Source: Candidatus Bathyarchaeota archaeon
GTDB taxonomy: Archaea > Thermoproteota > Bathyarchaeia > Bathyarchaeales > Bathycorpusculaceae
Direction: 5' to 3'
DNA length: 64,000 bases
Assembly: GCA_963780185.1 (NCBI GenBank)
Contig: CAWABA010000007.1
Location: 64,001 to 128,000 of the forward strand
A program made the translations under genes and the position numbers. The notes beneath the pieces are model-generated. The model ran no database searches. It saw only the letters and a list, made by a program, of their open reading frames with translations, and was not told the DNA's origin. How positions within the stretch are numbered: position 1 is the stretch's first letter; each line of letters begins with the position of its first letter. Of this stretch, positions 61,061 to 64,000 are shown piece after piece.

Positions 61061-61119
61061 CCTGCCAAAGCGCCCAACCCCAAACAAGTCAAGCAACCCA
61101 AAACACAAACAGCAAATTT

Positions 61120-61485
61120 CTATCTTGTGATTGCCCCACCTATCAAGCCGCCGACAGCTGCAATTATACCCGCGAAAACCGCCAGTATTATGTCTTTTAC
61201 GCCTGTTTCTACGCCTTTTAGGGCTCCGAAGAACGCACCTGAAAACCCGCCTGAAATGCCGCCTGCAAACGCAAGCCCAACAAAGGCAACGACCGCGATT
61301 ATCACAGCGCCGAAGATGCCTGCGAGGAAGCCTGCAGCTAACCCTTTAAAGATGCCTCGCGCGATAAGTCCAGCAACTAGACCGCCGACAAAAATAGCCA
61401 AGACAAGACCCACTCCATGAATGAAATAGCCTATAGCCAGTATAACCAGGAACCCGACGAAAGCGCCTAACCCTGTGCTTCCCAA
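61120..61485 (-). CDS. small Gly-rich membrane protein (DUF5518-like)
   Basis: GGLVAG...GLAAGFLAG...GGLIGG. Confidence 0.7.
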   Translation of the reverse strand: MGSTGLGAFVGFLVILAIGYFIHGVGLVLAIFVGGLVAGLIARGIFKGLAAGFLAGIFGAVIIAVVAFVGLAFAGGISGGFSGAFFGALKGVETGVKDIILAVFAGIIAAVGGLIGGAITR

Positions 61486-61725
61486 ATTAATTCAACCTTA
61501 CAAGTTAAAGCTGGCTTGAACGCCTATAAGTTTTAGCCCAAACCCCTACAAAGACAACGCCCAGCCGTCGGCTTTTGAGGTTAAGCAAGGGCAACGCTGC
61601 ATTTTGGGGCAGCGGTCAGGCATTTTTTGCCACCGAACATGCGTTAATTTTAATAAAGGGATGTTGCAAGTATCCATAAAAGCAAGACGAGCGCAGGAAG
61701 AAAATTAAGGGGTAGTTTCTGAGAT

Positions 61726-62436
61726 TTGACAAAGCGCCAAGCCGTTTGGGTAATGACTAAAAAGGTATTCAGTCTAACCCTGATTCTAAACGCACTCATA
61801 ACGATAACCACGTTAGCAGGCATCCTCTACGGCTTTTACTTTGTTTGGCCAGGTTGGAAACCATATTTCCCTGACCTAATCAGCGGCAACATTTTCCTGA
61901 TCGCGGTGATAGCTGCACTCATCAACATTTTCCCAAGCGCAAGCATCGGGCGCAAATTGCACACGGGACGATTCCTCTTCCACCACTACGTTTACGGCTT
62001 CTTTGTGCTATTCTTGTCAAGTTTTTATGTCGTGGCGTTTACAGCTTTCACATCAATTAGCGGCTTGGTCATGCTCTTTCTAACCAACAATGCAAGCATA
62101 GCTGTTAACACAGGAAGATTCTTCATGTTGACGGGATTCACGCTGGTTCTCGACGACTTACCCGACGTGTCAAAACGGGTTGAATCGGCATTAAACAGGG
62201 TGAAATCTCAAGCCTGCAGGGTACGTCCAGTCTTCCATTACCTGCAGTTTATCACGGGAGCCATCACATTCTACATCGTTATCGCCATAGCTGTCTTTGA
62301 AGTCTATCATCCGTCCACAAACATCGCCAACTATCTAACCATGGGCACACTGCTGGTGACGAGCATCACGTCGTTTGCCTGCGTGAAAAGAAAATCATGG
62401 CTTAAAATTACGCCGCCAGAAGCTTGCCAACACTAG
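61726..62436 (+). CDS. multi-pass membrane protein
   Basis: About 6 TM; FHHYVYG and LDDLPD motifs. Confidence 0.75.
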   Translation: MTKRQAVWVMTKKVFSLTLILNALITITTLAGILYGFYFVWPGWKPYFPDLISGNIFLIAVIAALINIFPSASIGRKLHTGRFLFHHYVYGFFVLFLSSFYVVAFTAFTSISGLVMLFLTNNASIAVNTGRFFMLTGFTLVLDDLPDVSKRVESALNRVKSQACRVRPVFHYLQFITGAITFYIVIAIAVFEVYHPSTNIANYLTMGTLLVTSITSFACVKRKSWLKITPPEACQH

Positions 62437-63140
62437 TCTTTTTGCTTAACGATTTCTTTGCCTATCTCTTCAAGCTGCGTCTTTGTGAAGGCTACAGCAC
62501 TTCTTTGTGAAGCTATGTGGTTTGGAAGCTGCGGAAGCTTAATAATGGGAACGGTGGGGTTGTTCAAGTGTAGGGTGACATGGTTGTTTGTGAAGACCAC
62601 TATGCCTTCAACCCAGACCCCGCCAAGCTTCAGAGACGGGGAAGAATGAATTAGATGTTTTATTTTGGAGGCGTTCCGCTTCACCTGCAAGCTTGGGCTG
62701 CTTTTGAAGTGGGGTTTGCCTGCCCGTTGCCACTCGTCGCCGTAACAGGTGATTTCGCCGTTCCAGTTCTTCGTCTCCAACACGAAGATGCCTGTTGGAC
62801 CCAAAATGATGTGGTCGATGTCTCCGCCGCCCCCACGCAGATGCAAGTCATTTAAAAGGATATAATCGTCGCTCAATTTGCTGCTGAGTAGTTTGGTTAC
62901 TTGTTTTTCGCCTGCCCAGCCGCCGCTGTAAATTCGGTATTTACGCAGGTAATAGTAGAATGCAGGCAAAGGCGCAAGGGACACAAGCAGCCCAGCCGCA
63001 TCTAGAAGGCTTAGGCTAAAGGAGTAAACCACGTTTAAGCAGACGGCGGAAACGATTAGGAAGAACACGAATAGGCACAAGGCTGCTTTCGCCAAGTTTT
63101 TTCTAACCTGGTTTTTCAGGTAACTGCCTGACCCTTTCAT
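62433..63140 (-). CDS. NERD (nuclease-related) domain membrane protein
   Basis: 2 TM, G..GE, DIDHI..GPTGIFVLETKNW, SP..Q. Confidence 0.85.
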   Translation of the reverse strand: MKGSGSYLKNQVRKNLAKAALCLFVFFLIVSAVCLNVVYSFSLSLLDAAGLLVSLAPLPAFYYYLRKYRIYSGGWAGEKQVTKLLSSKLSDDYILLNDLHLRGGGGDIDHIILGPTGIFVLETKNWNGEITCYGDEWQRAGKPHFKSSPSLQVKRNASKIKHLIHSSPSLKLGGVWVEGIVVFTNNHVTLHLNNPTVPIIKLPQLPNHIASQRSAVAFTKTQLEEIGKEIVKQKD

Positions 63141-63265
63141 CTTCCTCAACGAATCCACCGCTCCATGACCTTTTCGTCCTAATGCTATATTACCTTTGCA
63201 TTTCTCGCAGGTCAAATGGGTACAATCAGCAATCTTTATAATCGCTTGCATTCAATGAAGCAAGC

Positions 63266-64000
63266 ATGTCCGCTGAAAAAGGAAAAACTGCTCATGGAAA
63301 GCTTTTCCTTCCCGCTTTGGGACTTGCAGTCTTCTCTGCGTGGCTCGTCACAGTCACGTTTGAACTCAACCTAATCGACATCGCTCACAGTTTCCATGTC
63401 CAAGTAGGCATAGCAGGCTTCACCGCCGCAGTCGGCTCCATCTCAGGCATCGCCGCTGGGTTGCTACTGTCCGTCCTAAGCGTACGCGTAAACCATAAGC
63501 TGCTGCTCATGACAGGGTTAGGTTGCACTTGTCTGGCTGCAATCGGATTCTTCCTAGCGCCGACTTTTGATTTGCTGCTGGTTCCCAACATCGCCGTGGG
63601 CGCTGGAATCGCAATGGCCACCGCGATGGCTTACTCGTTAATCGGCGATTTCTACCCGCTTGAAAAGAGGGGAAGAGCAATCGGCGGGATAGTTGCAGCC
63701 ACCGCCCTAACATACATCATCGGAACCCCCATAATAGGGGTGATTGCAAGCCTCAGCGACTGGAAGGCAACTCTAATCTGGTTTTCGCTGCCCGTAAGCT
63801 TGGCAAGTCTGCTGTTAGCGTTCGTGGCGATTCCAAACAAGACAAACCAGACGTTACCCGCCACTAGAGAGCCGTTCTTCGAAGGGTGCAAGCAGGCAAT
63901 TCTAAATAGGTCGGCAGTTGCCGCGTTGTTCGTCACGATGTTCAGTATGGCTGAGGGGTCAATCGCCTTCTACGCCGTCTCGTTCTTCCGCACACAATTC
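63266..64000 (+). CDS. MFS transporter (3' end runs off window)
   Basis: ATG 63266; IGDFYPLEKRGRAIG, multiple TM. Confidence 0.85.
   Translation, partial: MSAEKGKTAHGKLFLPALGLAVFSAWLVTVTFELNLIDIAHSFHVQVGIAGFTAAVGSISGIAAGLLLSVLSVRVNHKLLLMTGLGCTCLAAIGFFLAPTFDLLLVPNIAVGAGIAMATAMAYSLIGDFYPLEKRGRAIGGIVAATALTYIIGTPIIGVIASLSDWKATLIWFSLPVSLASLLLAFVAIPNKTNQTLPATREPFFEGCKQAILNRSAVAALFVTMFSMAEGSIAFYAVSFFRTQF

Noticed and set aside
1140-63936. Numerous antisense or nested ORFs in the six-frame track
   Set aside because: Shadow ORFs overlapping well-supported genes, with no recognisable motifs

Overview
Archaeal chromosomal window. Gene content and order point to Bathyarchaeia (TACK): archaeal-type thrS, nac, mbf1, hflX, aTrm56, rps15-DHH-pcc1, form III RuBisCO with the AMP-salvage enzymes, and many TTG/GTG starts. 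The lineage is inferred, not searched. Layout: (1) 1-10.2 kb housekeeping genes. (2) 10.2-16.8 kb tRNA-Arg hotspot: a decayed tRNA-Arg(TCT) with hicB and a truncated hicA, then an intact tRNA-Arg(CCG) followed by two integrase-less gene islets that each end in a copy of the tRNA 3' end. (3) 16.8-46.3 kb stress/redox region: a tandem array of KGG/GsiB-like hydrophilins, Cys-rich regulators with a palindromic operator, flavodoxin, a ferritin-like protein, HtrA, peroxiredoxin, Nth, FTR-rubredoxin/Grx/disulfide reductase, a tandem Alba-like protein, SOD, rubrerythrin, FprA, PDO and CopA. (4) 46-55 kb core cluster plus a large beta-propeller surface protein. (5) 55-61 kb RuBisCO/AMP pathway, interrupted by a 2.15 kb islet with 14-bp direct repeats. 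Two dispersed non-coding repeat families and a 10-bp phased repeat lie at islet edges. No integrase or transposase is encoded, so these may be cis elements of an undescribed trans-mobilised cassette system. About ten small frameshifts suggest long-read indel errors, so apparent fusions and splits should be treated cautiously.
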